Origin: Malacoraja senta
Taxonomy: Eukaryota
NCBI GenBank assembly: GCA_038087875.1
Contig: JAXLNO010000689.1
Location: 62,001-109,244 of the forward strand
Direction of reading: 5' to 3'
Length of the DNA stretch: 47,244 bases
Part shown: positions 34,723-46,514 of the stretch, piece after piece
How positions within the stretch are numbered: the first letter of the stretch is position 1
How the letters are laid out: each line of letters begins with the position of its first letter
Notes under the pieces: generated by a model
Told to the model about the DNA's origin: nothing
Databases searched by the model: none
Seen by the model: the letters and a program-made list of their open reading frames with translations, nothing else
Made by a program: the position numbers and the translations under genes

Positions 34723-35349
34723 TGCTGTCCAATTACTAAATCCCATCTACCAGCACTTAGTTTGCACAATATTATGCCCTGGCACTATCCTTTTTAAAGA
34801 AAGCGATACCTACCTACGACTCGGGGCAGAGACATAATGTGTGGCGTGTCCGTCGCATCAATTGGCTCTCAAAGGTGAACAATTGATCAGAATATTCATT
34901 CTGTGCTGCTGGTAAGAATAACAAATGAATATATTGACCCCGACATCGATATTTCTGCGAGGCCTTTGCAGGATAGATTTTGAGAGAATTACAGCCCGCC
35001 TATGGATGATCACAATACGATCATCTTTCTGAATAAAAAGTCACCTTGGAGTGACTGAAGTCAGATGTAAATTATTATCGCATTATATGTCTGAATCTAC
35101 AGTATTATCTACCCCAGAAAACAAGAATGACCATTCATGAAATGCAAACAGGGTTGGGGCGAAGATTTGTGTGGCAAATAGGGAACTCAACACTGATGAG
35201 ACCTGAATGTGAAATCAAAAACAGTTTGCAATATTGATATTGAATTGTCATACAGACTTGAACTTAGCATTGTGCGTGTGACCGTGTGAACCTGTGTCTG
35301 CTGGGAGATGAATGGCTGGTATCTCCAAAACAAGGGACCTCGGAATCTG

Positions 35350-36600
35350 CTCGCCCTCGCTCACTGCTTCTTAGGGTTTAATGCCCACGGACCTCCGTCA
35401 CTGAGGATAGAGGACAGCATTTCTTCCATAATAACTCTCGACGTCGGTGCCATGCAAGGTTGCGTTCTTGGCCTCCAACTATACTCCCTTTACACTCTCG
35501 ACTGCAGGGACACATTTGGCTTTAATTACATCTACAGGTTTTCTCACAACTCTATTGTGCTGGGTCAAATCGAGAATAATGACAATATGGAGTACAGGAG
35601 ATATATAGAGAACTAAGATACATGGGTCAGGACAATAATCTTCCCCTCAATGTCAACAGGACGAAGTTATTTATGAAGGAACTGTAGATGCTTGAAAATC
35701 GAAGGTAGATAAAAATGCTGGAGAAGCTCAGCGGGTGCGGCAGCATCTATGGAGCGAAGGAAATAGGCAACGCTTCGGGCCGAAACCCTTCTTCAGTCCT
35801 AGAGGAAGAACGAGTTAGTGACTTCAGGAAGCATGGTACAGGACATGCCCAATCAGCATCAATGGTGCAGATGTTGACATGGATGACAGCTTCCCCTTTG
35901 TGTTAATACGATCAAAGATCCGTCGTGGATCATATAAGCCATAATCCAGTAAACACACTAACCCCTTTATTTCCCGATGTGACAGTTACATCCCGGCATG
36001 TCTCCAGTGACTCTTCCAAACTTCGATGGATGCACCAAGGACAGCACAATGTAGGGCTGCACCACAGCTTGTTTTGAGCAAAGCTCTGCCAGAGAACGCA
36101 AACAATTGCAGAGATGTGTAGATGCAGCCCAGTCCATCACACAGGCCAGACATCTCTCCACTGATTCCATCTACACTTCACGCTGCTTCGGAAAAGCAGG
36201 CAATATCATCAAAGACCTGTTTCACCCCGACCATTCATTGTGCTCCCTGTTCCAGTCAGCAGGAAGTGCGCACACGTGAAAGCGCTCACCACCAGCAGGT
36301 TCTTCCCGTCCGTTATCGGGTTTCGTAATGGTCCTTCCGTAACCTATGCTGCTGTTGAATTCACATGGCCCCTTTGAGGATATTGGACTTATTATCTGGA
36401 GCTGATGCGCTACATTGCTGAAACTATATTCTGCTCACGGTATCTTCTCCTTCGCTGTATCTGTTCTACGTGAGTTCGAAATTATTGTACCTATGCACGG
36501 ATTAGCTGGTTGCCTGGATAACATGCAAAACACCGTTTTTTCAGTACCTCGGTATATTTCACACTAATAACCCTAATCCTAAACCTGTACCTGAAACCTA
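35350..36600 (+). mobile_element. Rex1/Babar LINE 3' fragment containing a small inverted Penelope terminal-repeat insert (~35680-35797)
   Basis: SISSIITLDVGAMQGCVLGLQLYSLYTLDC; gatgcagcccagtccatcacacag; (aaacct)n tail. Confidence 0.75.
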
Positions 36601-36848
36601 ATTTGCCCCGTATCTTAATGTACGGGGCAAATTGTAAAGAAGCTGAGTCTGACTCACTTGTAGCTTTACTTAACGTTTAATGATAAGACAGGTTAAACAC
36701 TTTCCAGCACTCACTGCACCCAGTCTGTCATCATGCTGGAACCAAGGGAGGAGCACACGGGAGATAGAGTTCATATACTTGATAACTAAGGCGTGGTTAG
36801 TGGTACTGAGGTAGCTATATTATTGGTTGCATGCATAAACCATCTACA

Positions 36849-36859
36849 TCCTTCCCCTT
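36849..36859 (-). promoter_or_regulatory. Polypurine tract of the Gypsy element
   Basis: Minus strand AAGGGGAAGGA abuts the 3' LTR. Confidence 0.8.
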
Positions 36860-37295
36860 AGAATCAAATGCACATGGAGGCAATCAGGATAGTGCTATTA
36901 CAATAAACGTGCGAATTTAGACAAAGTCGCCGTAACGGACAGGCGGCTTAACAATGCGACCCGAACGCGTACGTACAGCACCTCCCCCCCCCCCATCAGA
37001 AAGAAGAGAAGCCGTAGCGGAGGCAGGCAGGAAAGTCAAGGGAGGGGGAGATGCAGCCGGAGCGGGAGAGATAGGAGGGGGAGGACGTGCAGGAGGTGAA
37101 AGCGACCGGCCAAGACCAGGAGGCAACGAAACAGGAGACCGCAATAAGCGAGGGGAATGGGGCATGCATGGAGCAGCAGGGTGATCAGCGGCAGCAGGTG
37201 GAAACGACATCGGAGGAGCATAAGGAGCCGCAGGAGGAGGCTTTGGCTCGTTGACGGCCAACAGGTGCTGACGGTTTCGTCGGTAGGTAGTCCCT

Positions 37296-38261
37296 TCAGA
37301 CGTAAGATCTTGGAGAGTCGTCCACGCCAGTCACCGTCGCGAGGCGTGAATAACCGGTGGTGGTCCGCATCCGAACGACCTGCCCGGGTAACAGAGGCAG
37401 CAGAGGGCGGCAGGACCTGTCGTGGGAACGCCGTTGAATTTCATGTTTATGATCGATCCGTCTTTGGACTGTGGTAGGATCGAACACTTTGGGTATCAGG
37501 GACTGCTGGGCGATGGGCATAGGTGGTCTTGTCACTCTGGACATCAGACGTTGGGCAGGGGAACCCATAAGCGGGTCCCGTGAAACGTTACGTAGGTTAA
37601 GTAAGTCCAGGTAAAAATCGCTGTTTGACAGGCGGGACTGCTCCATCAGGCCCTTAGCACTCCGCACGTCCCGTTCGGCCAGGCCGTTACTCTGAGGGTA
37701 CTCCGGGTTGCTGGTGTAGTGATGGAAGTTCCAACTTGCAGCGAAAGCTTTGAACTCGGCGCTTGTGAATTTCGGTCCATTGTCGGTCTGTAAGCGGACT
37801 GGGACGCCGTGGTCGGCGAAATGCTGACGCATCTTTGCGATGACCCTCCCGGAGGTGGCGGACGGAAGGTGGTCAATCTCGAACCAAATGGAGAATGAGT
37901 CCACCAAGACGAGAAAGTGCTTACCCCGCCATTCGAATATGTCAGCAGCTAGCGATGTCCAGGGCATGGCTGGCGCCGGCTGCTGCAGAAGAGGTTGACG
38001 CTGCTGGTGTGGGGTAAGGTTGTTGCAGGAGGCACAGGAGGACACCCGGTTCCTGATGTAGTTGGCCATGCCAGGCAAGTAGAACTGTCCTTGGGCATGC
38101 GAAACAGTGGCCTCGATTCCAGGATGACCACGGTGGGCTGCGTTGTAGTATAGATCGTATAGAGAGGCTGGGACCACAACTTTGTGGCCTTTGACGATAA
38201 CCACATCCTGGATCACCAGCTCGTCGCGGACCAGGAAGAACGGTTGTGCGCCCGATGGCAA
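37296..38261 (-). pseudogene. Gypsy integrase reading frame (321-aa open fragment)
   Basis: AHRGHPG..CASC zinc finger and D-D-E core; the upstream pol frames are broken. Confidence 0.85.
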
Positions 38262-39788
38262 ATTTGTACGTTTGACGGGCCACCCACGCTTGATGATGGC
38301 AGCCAGCTGCTGCAGTGCGGGGTCCGCGGCGGTGTGCTCGATCAGGCTTTGTAGCTGCTTGGTTGGAACAAAGTTGACATTAAGTACGAGTAGGTTTTCC
38401 TGCTCGTAAGGGTGGCGGTCACAGGATGACCGTGGGCACGAGAAAGTGTGTCAGCAACATGCATCTCCGTTCCCTTCTTATATGTGACTTCAAAATCAAA
38501 ACGCTGGAGTTGCAGCATCATACGTTGTAGTCTGGCAGGGGCAACATGTATGGGTTTGTTAAGAATGGTTAGCAGTGGCTGGTGGTCGGTCTCGACTGTG
38601 AATCTACAGCCAAAGAGAAAGTCTTTGAATTTGGAACAAGCAAACACCACAGCCAGGAGCTCCTTCTCGATCTGAGCATATCGTTGCTCCGTGTCGGTCA
38701 TGGTCCGAGAGGCATACGAGACCGGTAGCAGGGAGCCGTCGCCGTAGAGCTGCAGGCAAGCAGCACCCAGTCCGAAACGAGAGGCATCACATGTCACAAC
38801 AATGGGACGGCGCAGGTCGAAGAATTTGAGTGTTGGGGTGCTGATCAGTTTAGACTTCAGACATTCGAAAGCCTGCTGGTGTTGTGGAAACCAGGACCAG
38901 GCGATGCCTTTCTCAGGGATGAACTCAGCTCACTGAGATTCGGTATAAACTTCCCGAGGTAGTTGACCATGGCCAGGAATCGTTGTAGACCAAGCACGTC
39001 AATTGGGGCTGGCATTTCGGATATTGCAATAGTCTTTTGCGGGTCGGGTTTCAGTCCCTTGGAAGTGAAGATGTGCCCGACGTACGGAACCTCCGAGACA
39101 CGGAACCGGCATTTATTCTTGTTCAGTTTTAAGTTGATCTGCCGGGCACGGTCCAGGACTCTGCGGAGGTTCTTATCATGTTCGGTGGCATTCTACCCGT
39201 AAACTAGGATGTCGTCAACGATGATGGCGCATGGCATGCCAGCGAACAGTTGTTCCATGGATCGCTGAAAAACTTCACTGGCAGAGCTAATACCGAATGG
39301 CATCCGTAGAAACTTAAATCTGCCATAAGGAGTGGAAAAAGTTGTCAGGTCGGAGGAGCGGTTATCGAGTGGTATTTTCCAGAAAGAGCTTTTTGCATCA
39401 AGGACAGAAAACACCGTAGCCTGGCCGAACTGAGCTGCGACGTCCTCTACGGTTCTCATGGGGTAGTGTGGCCGCCTGATCGCGAGGTTCAGGTCATCCC
39501 GGACCTCGGGATCATAGGCAAAGGCTCGCGCTCTCCTCATGGCATCTGGACCCGCAAGGTTCTGTAGGAGAGAAGCTTTAACAATATCAGGATCGTTGCG
39601 ATGCACAATATTGATGTAATGAGTGAAGTCCTTTTCAAAAGTCGCCCAGCGTTCAGCTATGTCAGCATCAAAGACCATGGGCGAGGGTTTGCGGCACGAG
39701 GATGCTATGGCCAAAAAGTCACAAAACTCCGATAAAGCAACACTTTCAAAGAAAAAAAAACACGATATACAGGAGGCGCGCGTTTAAA

Positions 39789-39801
39789 CTTGCTGACACC
39801 A
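39789..39801 (-). promoter_or_regulatory. Primer-binding site (tRNA-Leu-like) of the Gypsy element
   Basis: Minus strand TGGTGTCAGCAAG immediately follows the 5' LTR. Confidence 0.7.
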
Positions 39802-40920
39802 TGTAAAGAAGCTGAGTCTGACTCACTTGTAACTTTACTTAACGTTTAATGATAAGACAGGTTAAACACTTTCCAGCACTGACTGCACCCAGTCTGTCAT
39901 CATGCTGGAACCAAGGGAGGAGCACACGGGAGATAGAGTTCTTATACTTGATAACTAAGGCGTGGTTAGTGGTACTGAGGTAGCTATATTATTGGTTGCA
40001 TACATAAACCATCTACAGATTACAACTCCGCCAAGCCAGAGGGTGGTCTCAAAGGTGCGGTAAGTATTGCATCATCTGTCGCTCTGGGTGTGCACTTCAG
40101 ATCAGTTACATACAGTGTGGAAACAGGCCCATCGGTCCACTTGCCCACACCGACTAACTTGTACCTGCAACACCAGTCCCTCTTCAGAACAGTTAAATAA
40201 GGATTTCTGCATCTGCTTGCAGAATCGTTTGTGTTTTTACAAAGTTCGAATTCGCCAACTGTGCATGTCCGTTTCTTAGGACAAAGCTAGACCGGAATTA
40301 CGCAATGCGTTTTGCGCAGATGTTGTTCATTCTTACAAATTTACGGATAAATCAGGGTTTCGATAAGAATAAAGAACGATATTCAGCATGATATTCGATA
40401 TCATGAACTGTATCTTCATCTTTGCTCTATCTATTGTACAAGTTTGAACTGTTTGCATCTACATGTGGTGTATCTGAAGATTTTGAATAACATGCAAAAT
40501 AAAATTCCCACTGTACCCCAGTTCCCCAGTTCCCATGACGGTAACAGGCCTTACCGAAGATAATCAAACCTATTATTCTGCGGTGAGTAACAACCATGTC
40601 CAGAGCGGGAATGTTCATACTATGATGGAGACAGGAGACGATGAAGATTGGAGACGATGTTGATGTATAAGAGAAGGTGATTAATGGATGTTAACAGCAA
40701 ACTAATTGTTGGAAAAGTGCAATCCCTTTGGCGCCGAAAGGGGATAGGATGTATCATCGACGTTCGGTCCATCTACCAGATTAGGCAAATATCCTTCTAA
40801 ACCTAACCTATTTATACACCTGTCTAAATGTTTATTATACAGTGCAATAGCACCTGCCTCATCTCCCTCCTCTGACATCTGGATCCACACACCTACCATG
40901 CTTTGTTTAAACAATTTGCT

Positions 40921-41236
40921 ACCCTGTCCCACGGTACGAGTTAATTCCAAGAGCACTCGCGAATTAAAAACAAATCAAACTTGTGGAAAGCACGGAGAAT
41001 GAACGTTGCGGGTACGTCGGAGCTCTGGGACGTCTCTTAGCGCTAGCGGTAAGTACTTGGGATGACTCGCTAAAGGCAGGTAAGCACGGGAAGATTCGTC
41101 AAGATTTTTCAACATGATGAAAAATGTCCACGAGAGCCCCGAGTACCGACGAGTGGCCATTACCGTAAATCTCGGAGTTCGATTCAGGGAAAACTCGGGA
41201 GAATTCTTGGAATGAACTCGTACCGTGGCACAGGTG
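40921..41236. mobile_element. MITE (non-autonomous DNA transposon) inserted in a CR1 fragment
   Basis: Terminal inverted repeats cctgtcccacggtacgagttaattccaaga and tcttggaatgaactcgtaccgtggcacagg; no ORF. Confidence 0.8.
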
Positions 41237-41950
41237 TTTGAATCTCTCACCCCACGCTTTGAACCATGACCCATTGTTCTCGATTCCCCTACTCGGTTTA
41301 AAATTTGTGTATTTACCATAGTTTTTCCTTTTTTGGTCGCTTATACACGTCCTCCTGTGCTCCAATAAATGAAGTCCTAGCCTCCTAAAGTGCCTTTCGC
41401 TCTGCCACTCAAGTCCTGGCGACATCCTAGTAAAAATCATCTGTAACCTTTCCCGCTTAACACTATGTTTCCACCAACAGAATACCAACACTGGATTCAA
41501 CACTCTGTGAGGCCTCACCAATATCTTGTACACGTGTAATATGACCTCGCAACATCTATATTCAATATTCTGCTTGATGATGTCCCATGTGCCGAAAGCC
41601 TATCTACTTGTGACGCCACTTTCAAGGAGCTACAGTATGTACCTGCAATGTTGTATCCCTCTTCACAACAACACTGCCCTGAGTCCTACAATTCACTATG
41701 TAAGTACTGCGCTGGTTTGACTTCCCAAAATGCAAAACATAACAATTATCTGCATTAAAAGCCAACATAACTCCTCAGTCCACCTGCTCAACTGCTCAAG
41801 ATCCTGCTGTCATTCGTAACCACCATCTTCGCTATCGACAATACTACCAACCTTGGGACATCGGCAAACTTATTAATGATGTATACACCCTCGTCCAAAT
41901 CCTTGATATAGATGACAAACAGCAATGGGCCCTGCACCGACCCCTGAAGT
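41237..41950 (-). mobile_element. CR1 LINE RT fragment (continues at ~40780-40920)
   Basis: QGSVQGPLLFVIYIKDLDE..KFAD and MYKILVRPH motifs. Confidence 0.75.
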
Positions 41951-42597
41951 GTATATGAATCATTGGTGACATGCCGAATTTCCTCAGATACCTTTTTATG
42001 TGCTTTTTTGGCTGACGTTTCAATATGATCGGTGCCCGACAGATCCTTGGTAACATTAATGCCATAGAATTTCAAGTTCTACACCATTTCCACTTTGGCC
42101 CCATTGAACGAATGAATGAATGAATGAATGAATGAATGAATGAATGAATGAGTACGTTTATGAATAAGTTTATTGGCCAAGTATTCACAAACAAGAAATT
42201 TGCCATGGTGCTCCGCCCACAAGTGACAACATGACATACAGTTACATTTACGAATGACACATAAAACAATAAACATTAATAACAAAACATCATTGATCAA
42301 ACATGTGAACCAAACAAAATGCCATAGCAAAAGGAGGCTACAGATTTTTGGCTATTGAGTAGAGCTACTACTCGTGGACATTTTTTAATGTCTGGCTGTG
42401 GCAGCTTTGACAGTCCGGAGTCTCATTGATGCAGATTGGGGCAGGGCACTCCATTAGATTCCTGCAGGCAACAACTACCTCCTTCATCTTGCTGGCTTTG
42501 AGTCAGGGGGTGCTCTCCTAACACCAACCGTGTTGCTCAGCTCCACGTCTTCCGCTTGTGCTCCGTCTCGTCATTGGTCACGATCCGCCCACCACCT

Positions 42598-42847
42598 TTT
42601 AACACAGAGAGTGGTGAATCTGTGGAATTATCTGCCACAGAAGGTAGTTGAGGCCAGTTCATTGGCTATATTTAAGAGGGAGTTAGATGTGGCCCTTGTG
42701 GCTAAAGGGATCAGGGGGTATGGAGAGAAGGCAGGGATGGGATACTGAGTTGGATGATCAGCCATGATCAAATCAAATGGCGGTGCAAGCTCGAAGGGCC
42801 GAATGGCCTACTCCTGCACCTATTTTCTATGTTTCTATGTTTCTATG
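42598..42847 (+). mobile_element. Short CR1 3' end insertion
   Basis: TQRVVNLWNYLPQ..GEKAGMGY plus a (gtttctat)n tail. Confidence 0.88.
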
Positions 42848-43110
42848 TCATCTGCAGACTTGTAGATGTGGTTATAACCGAATTTGGCCGCACAGTTCTG
42901 AGTGTACAGTAGGGGACTGCACCCGAGCCAGTTGCTCTTCACAGATTCACTGTCAGGATGGCCGATCTTTCGCCTGCCACAGTAACTGTTGGTCCCAGGT
43001 GAACCCGAGACATATGGAGCGGGAGACGTTCCTCCAGGCATTCTGTTCAAAGCGGGCGGAGAACGCATTCAGCTCGTCGGGGAGGGACCCATTGTTCTCA
43101 TCGATGTTGC
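42848..43110 (-). mobile_element. Degraded Rex1-type RT fragment
   Basis: SLPDELNAFSARFEQ and SPLLYT..HIYKSADD motifs. Confidence 0.55.
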
Positions 43111-43924
43111 GCCCCTGCATCTGTTCCAGCGTGCAAGCCTTTTTATGTGCTGTGCTATTCCCTGCTCCCTTTGTTCTGCAGCTCGCTGTCTAACTGGTTG
43201 AATGTTGTGAGCACAGGTACACTCTCGCCCGCCAACAACTCTCTGGGTGAGGCGGCGGTTGCAAATGGAGACGAGGAGCGGTGGCATTTTACTGGGAGGG
43301 TCGGTGCAGGATTCCTTTGTGTGGAAATCTGACTGCGGTGTTGTTTGCCTGCTGCTGCAAGTTCCGCCCAAAGCAGCGATTGCCAGTGAAACTGTAGCAG
43401 ACTGATTTTTGTCCGGAATGTTGACAATTTGTTCGCGACTTCATTGACCAGTGTGTGGGCTGTTATCGTTTGTGGAGATTACCCACTGGATAAACTTGTG
43501 TCCTTTGTCCAGCTGTTCTTCTGGAATTCATTGAGGATAAAGTCCCTTTGTTCTCCCTTATGTGGCAGATGTCTGGTCGCGGTGGCTGGGGCTGCAAGGC
43601 AACAATGTTGATCCGCTCTCTCGCTCGTTTTCTCTTGGAAGGAGCTCAATGCGATTTCACTGACGTTTTTAATTTCAAATTCACCGTTATTACTCGTGAT
43701 TGGGCGATGGTTCCGTTGCCCCGGGTGATGGATCCTTGGGGTGTTGAGGGTTTGAGACTCGCACTACAGGAAAAACCGAGAATCCCCCGCCACTCTCCTG
43801 GAACACGGCTCGGAATCTCAAGTATTTGTCGGACAACTTAAGCAGAAATTGTTTTTTAGCTTGAACGGGAACAAAGGCGGGTAGTTGGGGGTTTGATGCA
43901 GAGAAAGCAGATGAGCAAATGTTT

Positions 43925-44150
43925 TTTTGTAGGAAGAAACTGTAGATGCTGGTTTAAACGAAACGAGCCACATAAAGCTGGAGTAACTCAGCGGGTCAGG
44001 AAGCATCTCGGGTGAAAGCAATTCGTGACGTTTCGGGTCGATACCCCTCTTCAGACTGAGAGTCAGGGAAGAGGAAAACAAGAGATAAGGATGGTTCGAG
44101 GAAAATGATTGGAAGATATGCGAAAATGGCGATAATGAAATAAATAACTT
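43925..44150 (-). mobile_element. Penelope terminal-repeat fragment
   Basis: gctggagtaactcagcgggtcaggaagcatctc...gtgacgtttcgggtcgataccccttcttcagac type sequence, as at 16215-16295. Confidence 0.75.
44025..44056 (-). ncRNA. Minimal hammerhead-ribozyme motif (best-preserved copy in the window)
   Basis: Minus strand CTGAAGA-G-GGGT-ATCG-ACCC-GAAA-CG-TC: both catalytic boxes, a 4-bp stem II, and a palindromic ACGT in place of stem III. Confidence 0.58.
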
Positions 44151-45970
44151 CACCTCCCTCTTCCCCTCCCTCTGCCCCTCCCTCCCCCTCCTCCCCTCCC
44201 TCTTCCCCTCCCCCTCGCTCTTCCCCTCGCTCTTCTCCTCCCACTTTCCCTCCCTCTCCCTCTTCCCCTCCCTCTTCCCCTCCGTCTTACCCTCCCTCTT
44301 TCAATCCGTCTTGCCCTCGATCTGCCCCACGCACGTCCCCTCCTTAGAATAAACATAGAAACTTGAAACATAGAAAATAGGTGCAGGAGTAGGCCGTTCG
44401 GCCCTTCGAGCCTGACCGCCATTAAGTATGATTATGGCTGAGATACTCCTTGTCCTCCCTCTGCTCCCCTTGCCGCTCCTTATCTCCTTCGTTCCCCCTC
44501 AAACTTTCCACCTCTCCCACCTCCTCTGCCCCTCTCCCTCTCTGTATCACTACCACATCCACTCTCATTCGCTCTCAACCTCCTTTTCCAGATCCCCTGT
44601 ACCTCCCCCTTTTGATCACAATTTATCTGTCCCTCCCAACCTCCTCCCCCTGATCCTCCCTCTGCCCGTTCCTCTACTTATCCAGCTCCGCCATCCCCTT
44701 CCTGTCACCTACCAAAGCACTCCCTATCCCTCCCTTCCTTCTTCTCCCCCTCCGTCTATCCCTCCCTCAACACTCCCGCTGCCTTCCCCTCCTCCCCATC
44801 CCTCCATTTCCTCTCCACTCCCTCATCTCCCTCCCCTTCCTCTCCTCTCCTCTTCCCTCCACTTCCCCTCCCATCCCATCCCACTCACTCCCTTCCTCTC
44901 TCCCCCCCTCCCCCCCTCCCCTTCCTCCCACAACCCTTTCTCCGTATTCCCCTTCCTCACCTCCCTCCCTCCACATACCTCCCCTCCCTCCCCTTCCTCA
45001 CACGCATCCCTCCTTATCCCCTTCCTCCGTTTTTTCTCGCACCCCTGCCTTCCCGCTCCTCTCCCCTTCTTCTCCAACTCCCGCCCGTCTCTCGCCTCCC
45101 CTGCCCCCCATCCCACTTCCCTCCACCACTTCCTCGCCCCCCCTCCCACTTCCTTCCCCTCCTCCACCACCCTTCCCTTCCTCTCCCCTCCATCCTCTCC
45201 CCTCTCTTCCACCTCGCCCTCCCTCTGCCCCTCCATCACACTTCCATCACCTACTACCCCATCCCCTTCGTTGGACCCTCCCGCCTCCCTCCCCTTCCTT
45301 TCTCGCGCTCCCTCCCCTTCCTCTCCCACTCCTTTCCCACCCCTCCCGCCCTCTCCCTTCCATGCTCCCTCCTTCCTTCCTCTTCCGTCCCTCCACCTCC
45401 ATCCCCCTTCCATTCGCCACCACACTTCCCTCACACTCCCCTCCCTTCCGGCCCACCCTTCTCTTCCCTCCCTCCCTCTCTCCCCTTCCTCTGCCTTCCC
45501 TTCCTCTGCCCAGCTCCCTCCACCTTCCTCTACATCTCGTTCCCTCTCTCTATTCCTCTCCCACTTCCCCTACCGCTTCCTCGCCCTTCCTCCTCCATCC
45601 TCCTCCCTCTCCCCTACCCCCCTTCCTCTCGCCTTCCTCCTCCCCCTTCTCTCCCCCTTCCTCTCCCCTTTCTTTTCCCCCACTCTCCCTCCCCTTCCCT
45701 CTCCCTGCTTCCACAACCTCTTCCTCTTCCCCTCGCTCCCTCTCCACTTCCTCCCTCTCTGCCTTCCACCATAATTCTCCTTCCTCCCTCTTCTTGCCCC
45801 CCTCCCTCCCCTTCCTCCCCCTTCCTCTCCCCTCCCCTTCCCCCCTCCCTCCTCCTTCCCCCTTCCTCCCTACCCTATCCACCTCCCTCCCTTCCCTATC
45901 AAACCCCCCGCCTTCTGCTTACCTCCCCCTTCCTCCCCACTCCACCCTCTCCCTTGTCCTCATTCTCATT
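44150..45970 (+). repeat. Low-complexity polypyrimidine (C/T) tract, with a short inverted CR1 tail at ~44355-44440
   Basis: About 1.8 kb that is almost entirely C/T on the + strand. Confidence 0.9.
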
Positions 45971-45979
45971 GACGTTCTG

Positions 45980-46505
45980 TCATAGATAGTCATAGAGTGA
46001 TACAGTGTGGAACAGGCACTTTGGCACAACTGACCCACATCGGCCAACAATGTCCCAACTACACCAGTCCACTTGCCTGCGCTTGGTCCATAACTCTCCA
46101 AACCTGTCCTATCCATGAACCTGTTAACTGTTTCTTAATCGATAGGATAGTCGAAGCCCCAACTACCTCTTCTGTCAGCTTGTTCCATACACCATCACCT
46201 TTATGTGAAAACGTTTTTTCTTCGGATTCCTATTAAATCTTTTCCCCTTCACCTTGAACATATGTTCTCTGGTCCTCGATTCCCCTCCTCTGGGCATGAG
46301 ACTCTGTGCGTGTACCCGATCTATTCCTCTCATGATTTTGTACACCTCTATAAGATATCCCCTTATCTTCCTGCGCTCCATGGAATAGAGACCCAACCTT
46401 CTCAACCTTTCCTTATAGCTCACATCCTCTAGTCTTAGCAACATCCTCGTAAATCTTTTCTGATCCCTTTCAAGCTTGACAATATCTTTCCTATGACATT
46501 GCCAC
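45980..46505 (-). mobile_element. CR1-type LINE 3' fragment
   Basis: RKDIVKLERDQKRFTRML..LGLYSMERRKIRGYLIEVYKIMRG. Confidence 0.85.
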
Positions 46506-46514
46506 ACTTCCCCA

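Larger units (their letters stand above)
36633..40017 (-). mobile_element. Ty3/Gypsy (Mag-like) LTR retrotransposon with an internal deletion
   Basis: 216-bp TG...CA LTRs at 36633-36848 and 39802-40017 (4 mismatches). RT (LDAKSSFW, RMPFG, IVDD), RNase H (CDAS, YAQIEKE, TDHQPL) and integrase (HxxxH/CxxC, DIF, TDNG, SNGLAER) in Gypsy order. Confidence 0.95.

Noticed and set aside
36565..36600. Telomere-like accctaatcctaaacct run
   Set aside because: It is the (aaacct)n tail of the Rex1 fragment, not a (TTAGGG)n array.
43200..43830. Non-repetitive-looking stretch with several short ORFs
   Set aside because: No recognisable motif, splice structure or internal match in the window; it cannot be supported without a database search.
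44428..45774. 448-aa Pro/Ser/Leu-rich ORF and overlapping Gly/Glu/Arg-rich antisense ORFs
   Set aside because: Artefact of a C/T-only tract that lacks stop codons; no domain structure.
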